From an uncultured virus (IMG/VR IMGVR_UViG_3300044639_001309) (lineage: Duplodnaviria > Heunggongvirae > Uroviricota > Caudoviricetes): a stretch of 64,000 nt of DNA. Positions 18,485-28,873 of this stretch are shown here, piece by piece; position 1 is the stretch's first letter, and every line of letters begins with the position of its first letter. The position numbers were made by a program, and so were the translations under genes. The notes under the pieces were generated by a model that had not been told where the DNA came from, did no database searches, and saw only the letters and a list, made by a program, of their open reading frames with translations. The DNA lies in IMG/VR virus record IMGVR_UViG_3300044639_001309, positions 1 through 64,000 of that record; one strand, 5' to 3'.

Positions 18485-19505
18485 TTTTATGTTTGCAGAT
18501 ATGAGAAAGCCAATCAGGATTCCAGCGATCGATTAAATCTTTCTGTAACTGTCCCGTGGCTAGTTGTTTAACCAGATCTTCTGTGTCTAAACTGATCACA
18601 GTCAAAAACAATTCAGGGTCTCTGTAGGGATCTAGTATTTGAAAATCACCAAACCATTGCTGGAACGTTGGTTGAGAATGCAATTTAACAATTGCTGATC
18701 TCAATGAATTAACATTGTCAAATGTATGTTCTGGCAGATAGATTGCAGTATCGTAACAGTCAAATATTTGATTGACCAACTTTGAAGATTGTGCGTACAG
18801 TTCACCGTGATGCAAGAGTGCCAGATCGCCGTAGTATCCTGTGATTAAATTATTTGTATTGTAAAATGCCGGCTTGACATTGTCTAACTGACTATACGGA
18901 TAATCTATTGTTTCTTGAGTGTCACTGTAGACTACGTCAAATGGAAGTTTGTTAAAATAAAACCTTGTGTGATTGGCTACAACTCCAGTAAACTCAACCT
19001 GATGATGCAATGCCAAAAACGCAAGGGTACTGGAGTCAAGTCCGCCCGAGAATGCAATCTGTGTTTTATCACTGATGTTTGCGCAAGTTTGTAAATTAGA
19101 CAATAACCTTAGCTCAATGTCAACAAGTACCTGTTCCCAAGTTTTAATTTCAGGAACAATAGCAGATTTGATTTTTTTATACTGTAACCAATTGATTCCT
19201 AGCTCGTCGTGACAATTAAATTTAACCGTCAACGGAGATATTGCTGTGTCTATGTACTTGTTAATATTGGTAAGAATAATGCCTTTGCCAAACCCAAGAT
19301 TAAAGTCTTTATAAAAACTAAACTCAACTGTGACTTCTTCGTCACCAAACTCAAACTCAACAAAGTTTCCTCCGTGCTCGCCTAAACGATAACCAAAAAA
19401 TTTATCTTGATTAATATCATAGTAGGCATTAACCCAAAGATGAGGGGCCAGTTGATGACGATATGGGAACTCTGTGAGCTCTTGTTCAGCGATGCAAAAG
19501 TACAT
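18474..19505 (-). CDS. asparagine-synthase-like ATP pyrophosphatase
   Basis: IAFSGGLDSS, ITGYYGD and DPYRD motifs. Confidence 0.7.
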   Translation of the reverse strand: MYFCIAEQELTEFPYRHQLAPHLWVNAYYDINQDKFFGYRLGEHGGNFVEFEFGDEEVTVEFSFYKDFNLGFGKGIILTNINKYIDTAISPLTVKFNCHDELGINWLQYKKIKSAIVPEIKTWEQVLVDIELRLLSNLQTCANISDKTQIAFSGGLDSSTLAFLALHHQVEFTGVVANHTRFYFNKLPFDVVYSDTQETIDYPYSQLDNVKPAFYNTNNLITGYYGDLALLHHGELYAQSSKLVNQIFDCYDTAIYLPEHTFDNVNSLRSAIVKLHSQPTFQQWFGDFQILDPYRDPELFLTVISLDTEDLVKQLATGQLQKDLIDRWNPDWLSHICKHKNEY

Positions 19506-20068
19506 TAAGGTTGTTGAATAAGATAGTTATAATACTCGTAGTGCTTGTCTAACGTCCAGGCGGCTAGATCAACGTCAGTGCCATCGTGAGTTCGAAATCT
19601 TGCATTAAAAATATCAGTATAACGTTGCCACGGATTCCAAACACTCGGAGTATGACTGCCCCAACCTGATTCTTTAAGCAAATGATGTTTTTCTCTACTG
19701 AGTTTTACAGTTGGGCAATTAAGAGCTTGATCAATAGTAATTAGTCCTACAATCATTAAGTCTCGAATTCTTGCGGCAGGAATCAAGTGTTCAAAGTCTG
19801 TTTCAACATCGGCGCCAATTTCGTGATAATGAGCACCCATGCCGTCACGTTGTTTAATGCAATACTCGTGATATCTTCTTAGTAAATTGTCCATGTCATC
19901 TCTGACCAGTCGTAGAGTCTGTTGGTCATTTGTGCTGTTACGATAGATGTCTAGCACAGAAACCAGTCGGTCATGACAGTAACGATAAGTGGCTCTGTAT
20001 GCTTCTTGGTTGCGAGGTGTTTTTGAATAAACTGGCGCAACAAAGTTTTCAAGTAGTTGTTGATTCAT
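19505..20068 (-). CDS. hypothetical protein, possible HNH-like motif
   Basis: DFEHLIP motif. Confidence 0.5.
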   Translation of the reverse strand: MNQQLLENFVAPVYSKTPRNQEAYRATYRYCHDRLVSVLDIYRNSTNDQQTLRLVRDDMDNLLRRYHEYCIKQRDGMGAHYHEIGADVETDFEHLIPAARIRDLMIVGLITIDQALNCPTVKLSREKHHLLKESGWGSHTPSVWNPWQRYTDIFNARFRTHDGTDVDLAAWTLDKHYEYYNYLIQQP

Positions 20069-20636
20069 CTATTAATCCTATCAATCGTTTGGCCCATTGT
20101 GCATGACAGCTGGCGCTGTGATGCATTCCATCATTTCCTTTATTATCTACTATCCAAGATAGCCCTGGCAGTTTTTCATCAACATGCAAAACAATACCTT
20201 GACTGTTTAATACTGCATGGTATTGTTGATTGATGTTTTCAATCATGATGTTAACAATAGGCACCTTGGCAAGATTGCATAATAAATTACAAGTGATGAT
20301 TGTTTGTAGCCAAGGATTATAAAAGTTTTCTTCACCCAATACTAATAGCTGTTTAAAAACGGCGCTGTCACTCTGAATGTTTTCGTTTGTAGCATAGCCA
20401 TTGACCCAGGTGATACGTCTAAAAACATTAGGCCATTGGCATATTACAAAATCAGGTAAATTTATTTTTAGTTCATGAACTAAATGTTTTTCTACATGAA
20501 AACAATTGCCACCTGGTGTTCCTAAATTTTTTACAGAACGTTGATAATGTTTGCTTAGTAAGCTTACATAGCATTCATCGGGATTTACACCCACACCTGC
20601 TGTGTGGCTACATCCAATGGCAAGTGCATGGTTCAT
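20049..20636 (-). CDS. SGNH/GDSL-fold protein
   Basis: GCSHTAG, NLGTPGG and DGMHH motifs. Confidence 0.75.
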   Translation of the reverse strand: MNHALAIGCSHTAGVGVNPDECYVSLLSKHYQRSVKNLGTPGGNCFHVEKHLVHELKINLPDFVICQWPNVFRRITWVNGYATNENIQSDSAVFKQLLVLGEENFYNPWLQTIITCNLLCNLAKVPIVNIMIENINQQYHAVLNSQGIVLHVDEKLPGLSWIVDNKGNDGMHHSASCHAQWAKRLIGLIDESTTT

Positions 20637-21673
20637 TGCATTAGTCCCGGAGCAACAACGCCTTCTTCGATGCCCATTTTAGAACCGTCACCGTGGAATG
20701 GTAATTCCAGTTTGCCGCCACCTACAACATGTACTTCTCGCAAGAAGTTACTCATTGCAGTCGGAGCAGTCCAGGTGGCACCGTCGCCTTTGTAAAAGGC
20801 CCATTGTTGACGCCCTTTGGCATGTACCACGCTGGAGTCATTCCATACATTGGCGATGCTGGCGCACAATTTACGCATCCAACCGTCGGGCAAGGTTAGC
20901 CCTGCACTACCAGCCAGGCGGAATAACTCGTACAATCCAATAAAGCAACCTTGATCGATTTCTTCTTGCTCGGGCCAGGTGTGCTGAATTGCATCCAATA
21001 TATTAAACAATACTCGTCCTGTTGGGTCGGCGTCAATTACTTTTTGCGCATACTTGAAGTGGCTAAAGAAATAATCACTGTCGCCACGCAAGGCCACACT
21101 TTTGCGAGTATTCTTATCTTCAAGGTCGATGCCCAGGGCATCAAATTGATCTTGCATTTTACGAGCACGAACAGTTTTTGTCTCTCTGCTACCGTTCTTG
21201 TAACGAACTAGTGCATTGCGATGAAGGTCGCCGGGATTAAGACGTTTAACGCCTGTGTCGTTGAGCATTTCAAATGCATAACTAGGAAAGTTAGGGTCGT
21301 CTGTTTCTACCACAGCACAAGGTACCTCGGTATAGCCCAAGATGGCCGCGGCCAGGGTACGGTGCTGTCCATCGTATGTTTCCACCCTGTCACGACCTAG
21401 CACACGACATGCGCTCACTGGGGAGCAGATGCGAGGATCCCACTTTTTCATGATACTAAGAATGTGTTTGTGAATTACATCTCGTTGGACTTCGTAGTCA
21501 ATCCACAAAATATCAATTTTTTCTTGATTGCTTGTTGGGAAATACACAGCCAAAGATTGAACACGATTGCGCATTGCATCAATCTGTCCTTTGGTAATGT
21601 TTAGTTCTTTGATGATGGTGGCTTCAACTTCTGAAGCCACATCGGTGAGTTTACGTGTGAGGCGTTTGGCCAT
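20633..21673 (-). CDS. ParB/Srx-like DGQHR-domain protein
   Basis: IDYEVQR...YDGQHRTLA...VPC; own promoter at 21753-21781. Confidence 0.75.
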   Translation of the reverse strand: MAKRLTRKLTDVASEVEATIIKELNITKGQIDAMRNRVQSLAVYFPTSNQEKIDILWIDYEVQRDVIHKHILSIMKKWDPRICSPVSACRVLGRDRVETYDGQHRTLAAAILGYTEVPCAVVETDDPNFPSYAFEMLNDTGVKRLNPGDLHRNALVRYKNGSRETKTVRARKMQDQFDALGIDLEDKNTRKSVALRGDSDYFFSHFKYAQKVIDADPTGRVLFNILDAIQHTWPEQEEIDQGCFIGLYELFRLAGSAGLTLPDGWMRKLCASIANVWNDSSVVHAKGRQQWAFYKGDGATWTAPTAMSNFLREVHVVGGGKLELPFHGDGSKMGIEEGVVAPGLMQ

Positions 21674-21792
21674 AGTATCTTTCTTTCGGTGTTAATGAAA
21701 GTATCATCGTTACAAGCACCATGCTCGATCTGTTTGATACCGTTCAAGTGTTAGTATAACAAACTGTTAGATATTTGTCAACCTAGTACTTT

Positions 21793-22098
21793 TTACTTAA
21801 AAAAGATCAAGACCATCAGGCTACTTTGGATAATAAACCCAAGTGCAATGGTCACAATATTAAGGAAGTTACGTTGTACCACTGCCTGTGCAAACATAGC
21901 AGTGAGTCCTGCCCAGGTCAATAGGACCATGTCTACACTGGGCATTCGATCACTGAGTCCAGTTAAAACTGCAATCAGTGTTGGTAATGTGGCTGAGTGT
22001 AATAGCACAACTGCCAACCAACTTAGTGTGGCTGCCGAGATTGGAGCAATCCATTCTTGTAACCATGCAACAGTTTTTTCAATATCAAAGTTTTTCAT
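21793..22098 (-). CDS. membrane protein (about 3 TM segments)
   Basis: Hydrophobic helices; directly downstream of the wall hydrolase. Confidence 0.65.
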   Translation of the reverse strand: MKNFDIEKTVAWLQEWIAPISAATLSWLAVVLLHSATLPTLIAVLTGLSDRMPSVDMVLLTWAGLTAMFAQAVVQRNFLNIVTIALGFIIQSSLMVLIFFK

Positions 22099-22105
22099 TT
22101 AGATC

Positions 22106-22666
22106 TCACTTGTAAAAAATATGTCGGCCAATCTTGGCCACTTGTTTCTTGTTCCACTGCGGATTCACATAGTCTGCATGATAGTAAAGTGCATCTTTAA
22201 GTTCAGGCAGTCGGAATCCATCAACCATGACCATCTTGGCGGCTTCAGCACTCTCGTCCCATAGCTTTTTGTGAACAGGTTTGGTTTTGAAATTCTGTTC
22301 ACAGTACCATGAGAATTGGCAAAGCACCCGTTCATAAATCACGTTCTTTTGGTGAACCACTTGACACGGATCATTGGGAAATTTTCCGCTTTCCACACGA
22401 TTCATGACCACCTGTGCTACTGCCAGCTTTCCTTCTGCTGGTTCGCCTGCGGCTTCCCAGTAGACATTTTGAGTCATACATTGTAACTTGCGCTCTTTCT
22501 CTTTGAGAGCTGTTTTGTAGGCTCCGATCGAACCTACATTTTCAAAATCAACAGTGGCCAAGCTATCAAGTTTGTTTTGGACCACTGTATTAACTACTGC
22601 TATGCCGAACAAGGCAATTATCAAAAATATTGACAAATTAACTGTCATTTTGATATATTTTGTCAT
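22106..22666 (-). CDS. cell wall hydrolase, SleB/Hydrolase_2 family
   Basis: CMTQNVYWEAAGE...AVAQVVMNRV...CQFSWYC...YYHADYVNPQW...IGRHIFY; N-terminal TM anchor. Confidence 0.92.
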   Translation of the reverse strand: MTKYIKMTVNLSIFLIIALFGIAVVNTVVQNKLDSLATVDFENVGSIGAYKTALKEKERKLQCMTQNVYWEAAGEPAEGKLAVAQVVMNRVESGKFPNDPCQVVHQKNVIYERVLCQFSWYCEQNFKTKPVHKKLWDESAEAAKMVMVDGFRLPELKDALYYHADYVNPQWNKKQVAKIGRHIFYK

Positions 22667-22830
22667 TGGTTTCTCCTTTGGTTATAGTGCGCAGTTGCCT
22701 GTGCACCAAGAGCCTGAAAATATACAAAAGCTCTTGATTTTCCATACTCTAAATTTCCGAGGACGTAAGTTTATATATGGGATCTATGTATTATATAAAC
22801 TATACTTTATCTTGTCAACTAATTTGATAA

Positions 22831-23088
22831 CTATGCCCATTTTAACAGAAACGCACAGCAATCTCTGTCAGAATCAAAATAAAATCGATAACGTCCCGGG
22901 CGCTGATCCGAGCTTACCTCTACCAATTGCCAGCGCCACTCATCAATTAACTCTGATTTGGACCAAGAAATTATATCATCAATTGCGCCGTGTGGTTTGG
23001 AAATTTCCTTGACATAAGGAAAGGTGTCGCCGGCCCTGCTGACATAGGATTCGTATTCCGGAACAGGGGTAAGTTGTATTGTGCCCAT
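22831..23088 (-). CDS. small hypothetical protein (F...AF.LKW family)
   Basis: YRFYFDSDRDCCAFLLKWA. Confidence 0.6.
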   Translation of the reverse strand: MGTIQLTPVPEYESYVSRAGDTFPYVKEISKPHGAIDDIISWSKSELIDEWRWQLVEVSSDQRPGRYRFYFDSDRDCCAFLLKWA

Positions 23089-23336
23089 TAGACCTTTATA
23101 TAGTTCTTGTGAATATATCGGTCTGCACTTTCTGCGGAGGGTTTGTAAAACAATACATGATCTGTTATGTTAAAATGATTGCAGAACGACTGCCCTAATC
23201 TTGTTCCATATTTCAAAGACTCAAATGTATATTCTTTTTTAAATTGCTCGTATTGTTGTAATTCTAGAAACGTTTCTCGAATCACTGGATTGATGTCTTT
23301 GATCAGTGGTTGAAACCACGGTTGTTTAACAGTCAA
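23088..23336 (-). CDS. hypothetical protein
   Basis: RLGQSFCNHF motif; coupled ORF. Confidence 0.6.
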   Translation of the reverse strand: MTVKQPWFQPLIKDINPVIRETFLELQQYEQFKKEYTFESLKYGTRLGQSFCNHFNITDHVLFYKPSAESADRYIHKNYIKV

Positions 23337-24076
23337 AAGATCACCTCAGCGTTACCAAGTTGGTAGTAGGCACGTGCTCGATGGTATCCACGATGTTGCT
23401 TGGGAAACAAATAAGATCGTAGACGTATATTATCTTGCGCCAACACACCAGTAAGCATGGACAACAATGGATTCTGATGATCTACTGATATCAAGCAAGG
23501 AGATCTACAAAGGTCTGACATGAGCCAAAAATCCACTGACTCCCTGGATCGACGACTCTTGAAGATACGCTCAATCAATCGATAGGTTCCATCTATCTTG
23601 TCAAGATTTATTCCAATAATTTTATTCTTGGTTACATCATCAGAAGTTTGTTCTATTACACGATCCATGGCACAATCCTCGGCATAAAAATAAGGAAGCC
23701 GGTAAATCAGGCCAAGTTCGTTTTTAGTAATATTTAAATCACCGCAGACTAATTTTCCAAGTTTGGAACGAAAATCGCTTAGAGTCCCGCCATACTTGAG
23801 TTGGCTCCAAGTGATACGACCTCTGTAGTATTCTCTAATTTTACTGGCTGTGGTACGGTCCTCGTCAGTGACAGTTACAGCATCAAGATCAAGCCAGCGT
23901 GTGCCTGGGTGACTCAACCAATGTCGATAGCTGGCACAAGATAGTGCAATTGGGTCGTCTTTAAAAGATACACAGGGCAGGATTGGATTAAGCAGAGATT
24001 CAAGTGTGGTTAACGCATTATTTTCAGAGAGATTCATAGTATTTTCCAATATCAAATCAGTCATAGTTGCAGTCAT
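23333..24076 (-). CDS. hypothetical protein
   Basis: 247-aa ORF; promoter at 24079-24107; start codon uncertain. Confidence 0.6.
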   Translation of the reverse strand: MTATMTDLILENTMNLSENNALTTLESLLNPILPCVSFKDDPIALSCASYRHWLSHPGTRWLDLDAVTVTDEDRTTASKIREYYRGRITWSQLKYGGTLSDFRSKLGKLVCGDLNITKNELGLIYRLPYFYAEDCAMDRVIEQTSDDVTKNKIIGINLDKIDGTYRLIERIFKSRRSRESVDFWLMSDLCRSPCLISVDHQNPLLSMLTGVLAQDNIRLRSYLFPKQHRGYHRARAYYQLGNAEVIF

Positions 24077-24096
24077 TCATTATAGCACAAGTTGTA

Positions 24097-24567
24097 TTAT
24101 TTGTCAATTTCCATCCAGGTATGGTCACCCATGTATTTTACTTGAGTTATATACTCATAATCAACTGGTGCACCGGTATTCCAATCATTAGGGCCGTGAT
24201 GTGTTAGCAACATCTTTTCTTTTCGTTTATCCCAGGCCAACCAATAACATTGTCCCATTACAACTTGAAATTGATATTCGGCCGCATGCACAGCATCTGT
24301 AACATCTAGTCTACGTTTGATATCCTGTGCTTGTTTTTCCAATACTGCAACCAGTTCCATAATACGATCATATTCTTGCTGGGCATAGATCCTGGCATGA
24401 TTGATCATTATATCTTTTTGTTTGGTAACTGGTACCAGATCAAATTTAGGTCCACCAGATTCAGTTGCGTAAGGAGTTACGTTCCTATTAAAGAAATGAA
24501 TCAGTGTGTTGCCTGTGGCAACATCAAAACTGGTTCGACCTTTGGCAGAGTTTGGCTGGTCTCCCAT
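24097..24567 (-). CDS. DUF2452-like protein
   Basis: PYATESGGPKF...VHAAEYQFQVVMGQCYWL...DHTW. Confidence 0.6.
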   Translation of the reverse strand: MGDQPNSAKGRTSFDVATGNTLIHFFNRNVTPYATESGGPKFDLVPVTKQKDIMINHARIYAQQEYDRIMELVAVLEKQAQDIKRRLDVTDAVHAAEYQFQVVMGQCYWLAWDKRKEKMLLTHHGPNDWNTGAPVDYEYITQVKYMGDHTWMEIDK

Positions 24568-25307
24568 TAATCCCACAGACCCTGGTAGTACTTGCCAAAC
24601 AAACGGAAACCGTTTTGAATACGTGCTTCTACTATCTTCATGGCTTCATAGTCACATTGGTAGGTGTTATTGGGACCATCTTTCATTTGAAAGTACCGGT
24701 GTTCACCTTTGGGCACTTCGTTTCCGTCCTTGTCTACAGGAACACTAATCCAATCAATTTCACCTGAACGAAAAGCATCTTGCCATGAGTCGTCTATCTT
24801 GCACTCAAATGCAAAGATCATTTCATCCATGACCCAATCCCAACGCCGGAAGTGATTATCATCTATGTCCCACTCATTTTCTTTAGGCGGTGCGGTGGTG
24901 CTACGTAGGTGTTCAGGCACATCCTCATCTTCCACTAGCGGGCTACCATGTTTGGTTGCTTTGAGCTGTTTAAGCATGGGCAACACAATGTGAGCCAATG
25001 TGTGATCCATGCTCCAGGTATCGTAGCGATCAATCTTAACGTATTCAATCTTTGGATGCACACGATCTAACACCCACTGGATTGCTCTGCTGACAGGTTC
25101 CAATCGGTCACTCCACTTCTCGCACCACTCAGGACGTTCTACATAGGAACTCTTACCACCGGCCTTGACTGCCTCAAGGTCATCTTGTAGAGTCTGCAAA
25201 AGTTTCCAGCGAGCACACTTGGACCAGTCAGTCCAGAAGAATGCATAATCCAACATGGTGTAAGGTGAGATCCAGTGATCTCGATATCCGCTGAGATAAA
25301 CTTTCAT
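24567..25307 (-). CDS. conserved T4-like phage hypothetical protein
   Basis: YDTWSMDHTLAHIVLPMLKQLK...GFRLFGKYYQGLWD. Confidence 0.75.
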   Translation of the reverse strand: MKVYLSGYRDHWISPYTMLDYAFFWTDWSKCARWKLLQTLQDDLEAVKAGGKSSYVERPEWCEKWSDRLEPVSRAIQWVLDRVHPKIEYVKIDRYDTWSMDHTLAHIVLPMLKQLKATKHGSPLVEDEDVPEHLRSTTAPPKENEWDIDDNHFRRWDWVMDEMIFAFECKIDDSWQDAFRSGEIDWISVPVDKDGNEVPKGEHRYFQMKDGPNNTYQCDYEAMKIVEARIQNGFRLFGKYYQGLWD

Positions 25308-25477
25308 TTCATTTCTTTCCACTTTAACATTGCTACCATTTCCTTTTTTGTATCTTTAAATTTAATAGCCCAGGAATTGTTGTACCAAGCCCAACAATAA
25401 TCTTGACCAGTTTCAAACCCAATACTAGATAACCAATTGGAAATTTCCAGTAGTTTCCAGGAATCGAACACCATCAT
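25304..25477 (-). CDS. small hypothetical protein (LKW family)
   Basis: Not in the ORF track; MMVFDSWK...AIKFKDTKKEMVAMLKWKEMK with an ATGA overlap. Confidence 0.55.
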   Translation of the reverse strand: MMVFDSWKLLEISNWLSSIGFETGQDYCWAWYNNSWAIKFKDTKKEMVAMLKWKEMK

Positions 25478-25485
25478 TTGTCAGA

Positions 25486-25809
25486 TCAACCAGTAGACTT
25501 AAATCGCTGAATAACAGCGTCATCACCGTCAGTGATCTTAATTTGTAATTGTTTATTTGACAGTTTGTCCTGCATCTCTTTAACTGATCGTCCTTGCACT
25601 ACAAATTCATTGTTGTCTGTATTCCAAACGTAAAACATGCCACCAACTTCTTCTATTCGTGCTCTAATAACTAACTCTGACGCTTCACGAGTTTCTTGAC
25701 TGTTTGCATTAATTAGCATGTCTGCAAGTCGGCCCAACACAATATATCCCAGCCACATGCAAACAATAATTCCAAATAATGTGCCTAATAAAAAATCGTT
25801 CAATTCCAT
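25486..25809 (-). CDS. hypothetical membrane-anchored protein
   Basis: N-terminal TM segment. Confidence 0.6.
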   Translation of the reverse strand: MELNDFLLGTLFGIIVCMWLGYIVLGRLADMLINANSQETREASELVIRARIEEVGGMFYVWNTDNNEFVVQGRSVKEMQDKLSNKQLQIKITDGDDAVIQRFKSTG

Positions 25810-25813
25810 TATT

Positions 25814-26542
25814 TTATCCCATACGCTTTCTACAATCCCAATACAACTTGTGAATCTCTGCGGCAGACTCGTAGTGTTCTTCAAATTCAAAGTACTCAGT
25901 ACATTTTGTGTATAGATCTTTATTTAAATCAATATTATGCAAAGACTCTGCGTTCACAACACAATATTCGTCAGGTACAGGACGAACATGTTTTACTAAA
26001 TTATGAACTTCTACTGCTTCTGCGATTACTGTTGTGGGTGCTGTTTCATAAAATTCTTTAGCAGAGTCATACCAGGGCCAGTTTTCTTCTTTGATTCCTT
26101 GATAGAATTCTCTCCAGTCGTTGCCTTGAATGCTGGATTTAAAGGCATTGAAATCATCTATGTATTGTTGCACTGGTCTACCACCCAGTGTTGGATGAAC
26201 ATTCAAGTAGTGTGCTAAACAACTTTTTTCATTGTCAAAATCCAATATCAATAGCTTATCATAATCATAGGTCGGCCAATCATGTGTGTGTAATATCTGC
26301 ATAAAAGAATCTAATTTTTCTCTATGTAAAAATTCTTTTTTCAACCAATTTTTTTGATTACGGCCGGAGTTATAAACTTTTCTGCGAATAAATTCAATTT
26401 TGGCACTGACAGTATTGTCAATATCAATATTAAAAATATCAGCGTAGTTACATTTGTCATCAAGAGACAGCAACCATCTCAAATGATTGCCACAACCGCC
26501 CCTGGGGAAAATTATACCTTTACGCAAGTTTTTATTTGGCAC
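25814..26542 (-). CDS. hypothetical protein, possibly sulfotransferase-like, with an inserted 40-aa module
   Basis: IIFPRGGCGNHLRWLL N-terminus; WREFYQGIKEENWP module. Confidence 0.5.
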   Translation of the reverse strand: MPNKNLRKGIIFPRGGCGNHLRWLLSLDDKCNYADIFNIDIDNTVSAKIEFIRRKVYNSGRNQKNWLKKEFLHREKLDSFMQILHTHDWPTYDYDKLLILDFDNEKSCLAHYLNVHPTLGGRPVQQYIDDFNAFKSSIQGNDWREFYQGIKEENWPWYDSAKEFYETAPTTVIAEAVEVHNLVKHVRPVPDEYCVVNAESLHNIDLNKDLYTKCTEYFEFEEHYESAAEIHKLYWDCRKRMG

Positions 26543-26981
26543 GATTGTTAAGATATTGTTCGTGTTGTATCCATTTGTTGTTGACTAAAAATCCCCATTC
26601 ACGTTTTTGAGGACCAGGCATGAACATGGTCCAACATTCTACTGTGGGATCTAGTTCAATCCTGTGATAACTAGTAGCACTACAAATCCTAAAATGACCA
26701 GGAGCTCGCCACTTTGCAATCTCGCCAATTTTTTCGCCGTTTGAATTAAACTGAGGAATCCATTCATAGTATCCACCTTTCAAAATTACAGTAGCATAAG
26801 GCCATGGATGATCATGTACATCATCGGGATCGCTTTTGAGAAACTTATGTACAAAAATGTTAAACGGAAACCATGTACGATCTTTAAGGAACACATAGTA
26901 GCGTTCTAGATATGGTTCATTTGATTGTCGATCCAGAATCAACCGATATCGGCCTAGTCGATGCATGAGTTTTTTAATCAT
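26532..26981 (-). CDS. cupin-fold protein
   Basis: HKFLKSDPDDVHDHPW...ILKGGYYE...YHRIEL. Confidence 0.7.
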   Translation of the reverse strand: MIKKLMHRLGRYRLILDRQSNEPYLERYYVFLKDRTWFPFNIFVHKFLKSDPDDVHDHPWPYATVILKGGYYEWIPQFNSNGEKIGEIAKWRAPGHFRICSATSYHRIELDPTVECWTMFMPGPQKREWGFLVNNKWIQHEQYLNNRAK

Positions 26982-27043
26982 ATATAAATTATACACTAAA
27001 ATGATTTGTTAGTCAAGTGTAGTACAAGGTTAAATATCGCACA

Positions 27044-27703
27044 ATGGAATTTTCTGCTACTAATTGGTTAACTTGGCAACGTGCTTCTAATGCTGTTAAT
27101 TTTTTGGATCCACCATTTAGATTAGGTGACTATTACCCAGATTGGTTCAAAAATCTCAAAGCTGACGTTAGACATTACTTACCCCAAGGTCATATGCAAA
27201 ATCACACAGCTCGAGTATGTTTAGGCTTGCGTGGTATTAATAGTGTGGGATGGACCATTATTGATCCAAAGTACCCATATGTTGGAGGTCACGTGGTATT
27301 TCATCCTGAGCAGTTGCATGGTACCAAGTGGTGCGAAAAAAATTCTTCTGGAGAATATGTTTGGAAAATAGTCCTTATGGCATTGCCCTGGCGGGCAAAG
27401 ATGGCTCCAGGATGGAGATTGATTGTTGGAGATTACCCACTGGCATTCAGTGAGGATTGGCATACATTTTCAGGTTGTGTGGATGCAAACTACAAGATCA
27501 ATAATGATGGACAACTGGGATCCTTTTACAAATATGATGAGCCCATTGACCCCAACTTCAACTATTACAATATTGAAACAGTAATGGCTGTCAAACGAGA
27601 CCTGATTGCTACTACACCGGGAGCTGTGACTTTTTCAATCATTCCATATTATGATCCAGATTATCAAGCCCCGGAGTTTAAAGGTTTTCCAAGTTTTGAT
27701 TAA
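27044..27703 (+). CDS. hypothetical protein (late-type promoter)
   Basis: TAAATA 7 nt upstream; followed by a terminator. Confidence 0.6.
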   Translation: MEFSATNWLTWQRASNAVNFLDPPFRLGDYYPDWFKNLKADVRHYLPQGHMQNHTARVCLGLRGINSVGWTIIDPKYPYVGGHVVFHPEQLHGTKWCEKNSSGEYVWKIVLMALPWRAKMAPGWRLIVGDYPLAFSEDWHTFSGCVDANYKINNDGQLGSFYKYDEPIDPNFNYYNIETVMAVKRDLIATTPGAVTFSIIPYYDPDYQAPEFKGFPSFD

Positions 27704-27711
27704 TTGGTCAA

Positions 27712-27739
27712 GCAAAAGCCCTACTTGGTAGGGCTTTTG
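27712..27739. terminator. bidirectional terminator
   Basis: CAAAAGCCCTAC-TTG-GTAGGGCTTTTG between convergent genes. Confidence 0.85.
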
Positions 27740-27788
27740 GCAAATGTGTCCAGTTTGGGCTGGACAGCGAATTTGGGTCTAAATTAGA

Positions 27789-28067
27789 TTAGACCAGACC
27801 CAGGGCCAAAGCCTTGTAACCAGCGGCTACAATCTTGCGACTTGGTTTGCCAAGTGCGTACTCAGTTACGCGAATGCCATTGCCAGCTGTGCGGCTATTG
27901 GCATAAACAGCAAAGCCGTTTTGGCGGATGCGGCTTACTTCAGCACCCAAGTTACCAACGCCAAAGCGTTTCTTGGCTTCAGCTGGGCTGAGTGTTTCAC
28001 CGCTTTGTAAGGCACGGAAGACCTTGTAAGTTTTGGTAGTTTCGTTAAAATGTTTCACAGTTTTCAC
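27789..28067 (-). CDS. winged-helix/HTH protein
   Basis: LQSGETLSPAEAKKRFGVGNLGAEVSRIRQNGF. Confidence 0.65.
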   Translation of the reverse strand: MKTVKHFNETTKTYKVFRALQSGETLSPAEAKKRFGVGNLGAEVSRIRQNGFAVYANSRTAGNGIRVTEYALGKPSRKIVAAGYKALALGLV

Positions 28068-28178
28068 CTTTCAGATTTAAAATAAAATGATGTTTTGTTT
28101 TACATCATGTGTTATTATATTACGTTTAGTGTAGATATGCAATAGTGTTTGGCAAACTAAGTTAAAACAGTTTGCCAA

Positions 28179-28535
28179 TTAATCTGCATTGATATTCATT
28201 TTGATATGTTTACAGTCGCCTCGAAATCTAAAACCACTACAAGTGCAAGAATAGGTTCCGTTGAGTTCGGACACTTTGTATTCATCTCCGCGACTGCCCG
28301 TTACTATCCACACACGACCTTCAGGTTGTTCCTCTTTGGCCTGGAATTTCCATGAATTTGGCACTTCAACAAATTTACGACCACGTACATTAAATCCAAT
28401 GGGCTTTTTAAATTTGAACGGAGAGTTGGTGCCATGCCGTACATAAGCATACATTTTGCTTTTGGAATCATTTAGAAAGTAAACATGATTTGGGAACTCG
28501 TCGGCCCATTCAGTCACTTCGAGATATGCCTTCAT
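28179..28535 (-). CDS. SWIM zinc-finger protein
   Basis: CTCSGF.FRGDCKH motif. Confidence 0.75.
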   Translation of the reverse strand: MKAYLEVTEWADEFPNHVYFLNDSKSKMYAYVRHGTNSPFKFKKPIGFNVRGRKFVEVPNSWKFQAKEEQPEGRVWIVTGSRGDEYKVSELNGTYSCTCSGFRFRGDCKHIKMNINAD

Positions 28536-28714
28536 TTGTTCACCGTCACACTAGATTTGAATACGCCACCTATCACTACTATAGCCAACCAAGTCTCAAA
28601 CGAGTAAGGAATAGCCAACGCAGGAAACAATGTGTTCAATGACCAAATGGTTACAATAGGGCCAATGACGACCAAAAATACAATGAATAGAATTGCGAGA
28701 AAAAGCTTTGACAT
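28532..28714 (-). CDS. small membrane protein
   Basis: Two hydrophobic segments. Confidence 0.55.
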   Translation of the reverse strand: MSKLFLAILFIVFLVVIGPIVTIWSLNTLFPALAIPYSFETWLAIVVIGGVFKSSVTVNK

Positions 28715-28873
28715 AAAATTATCCTTTTGTCTGATGTCGATACTCACGTTTGAGCCAATATTTGTATTTTTGAAAATATTCTTTCATGGTCAAACGTGGC
28801 TGTCCCCAACCGTCGTGTTCGTCGCAGTTGTCTCTCCAGAGATCATTGAGCCATTGACGAAACGGTTTAGCAG

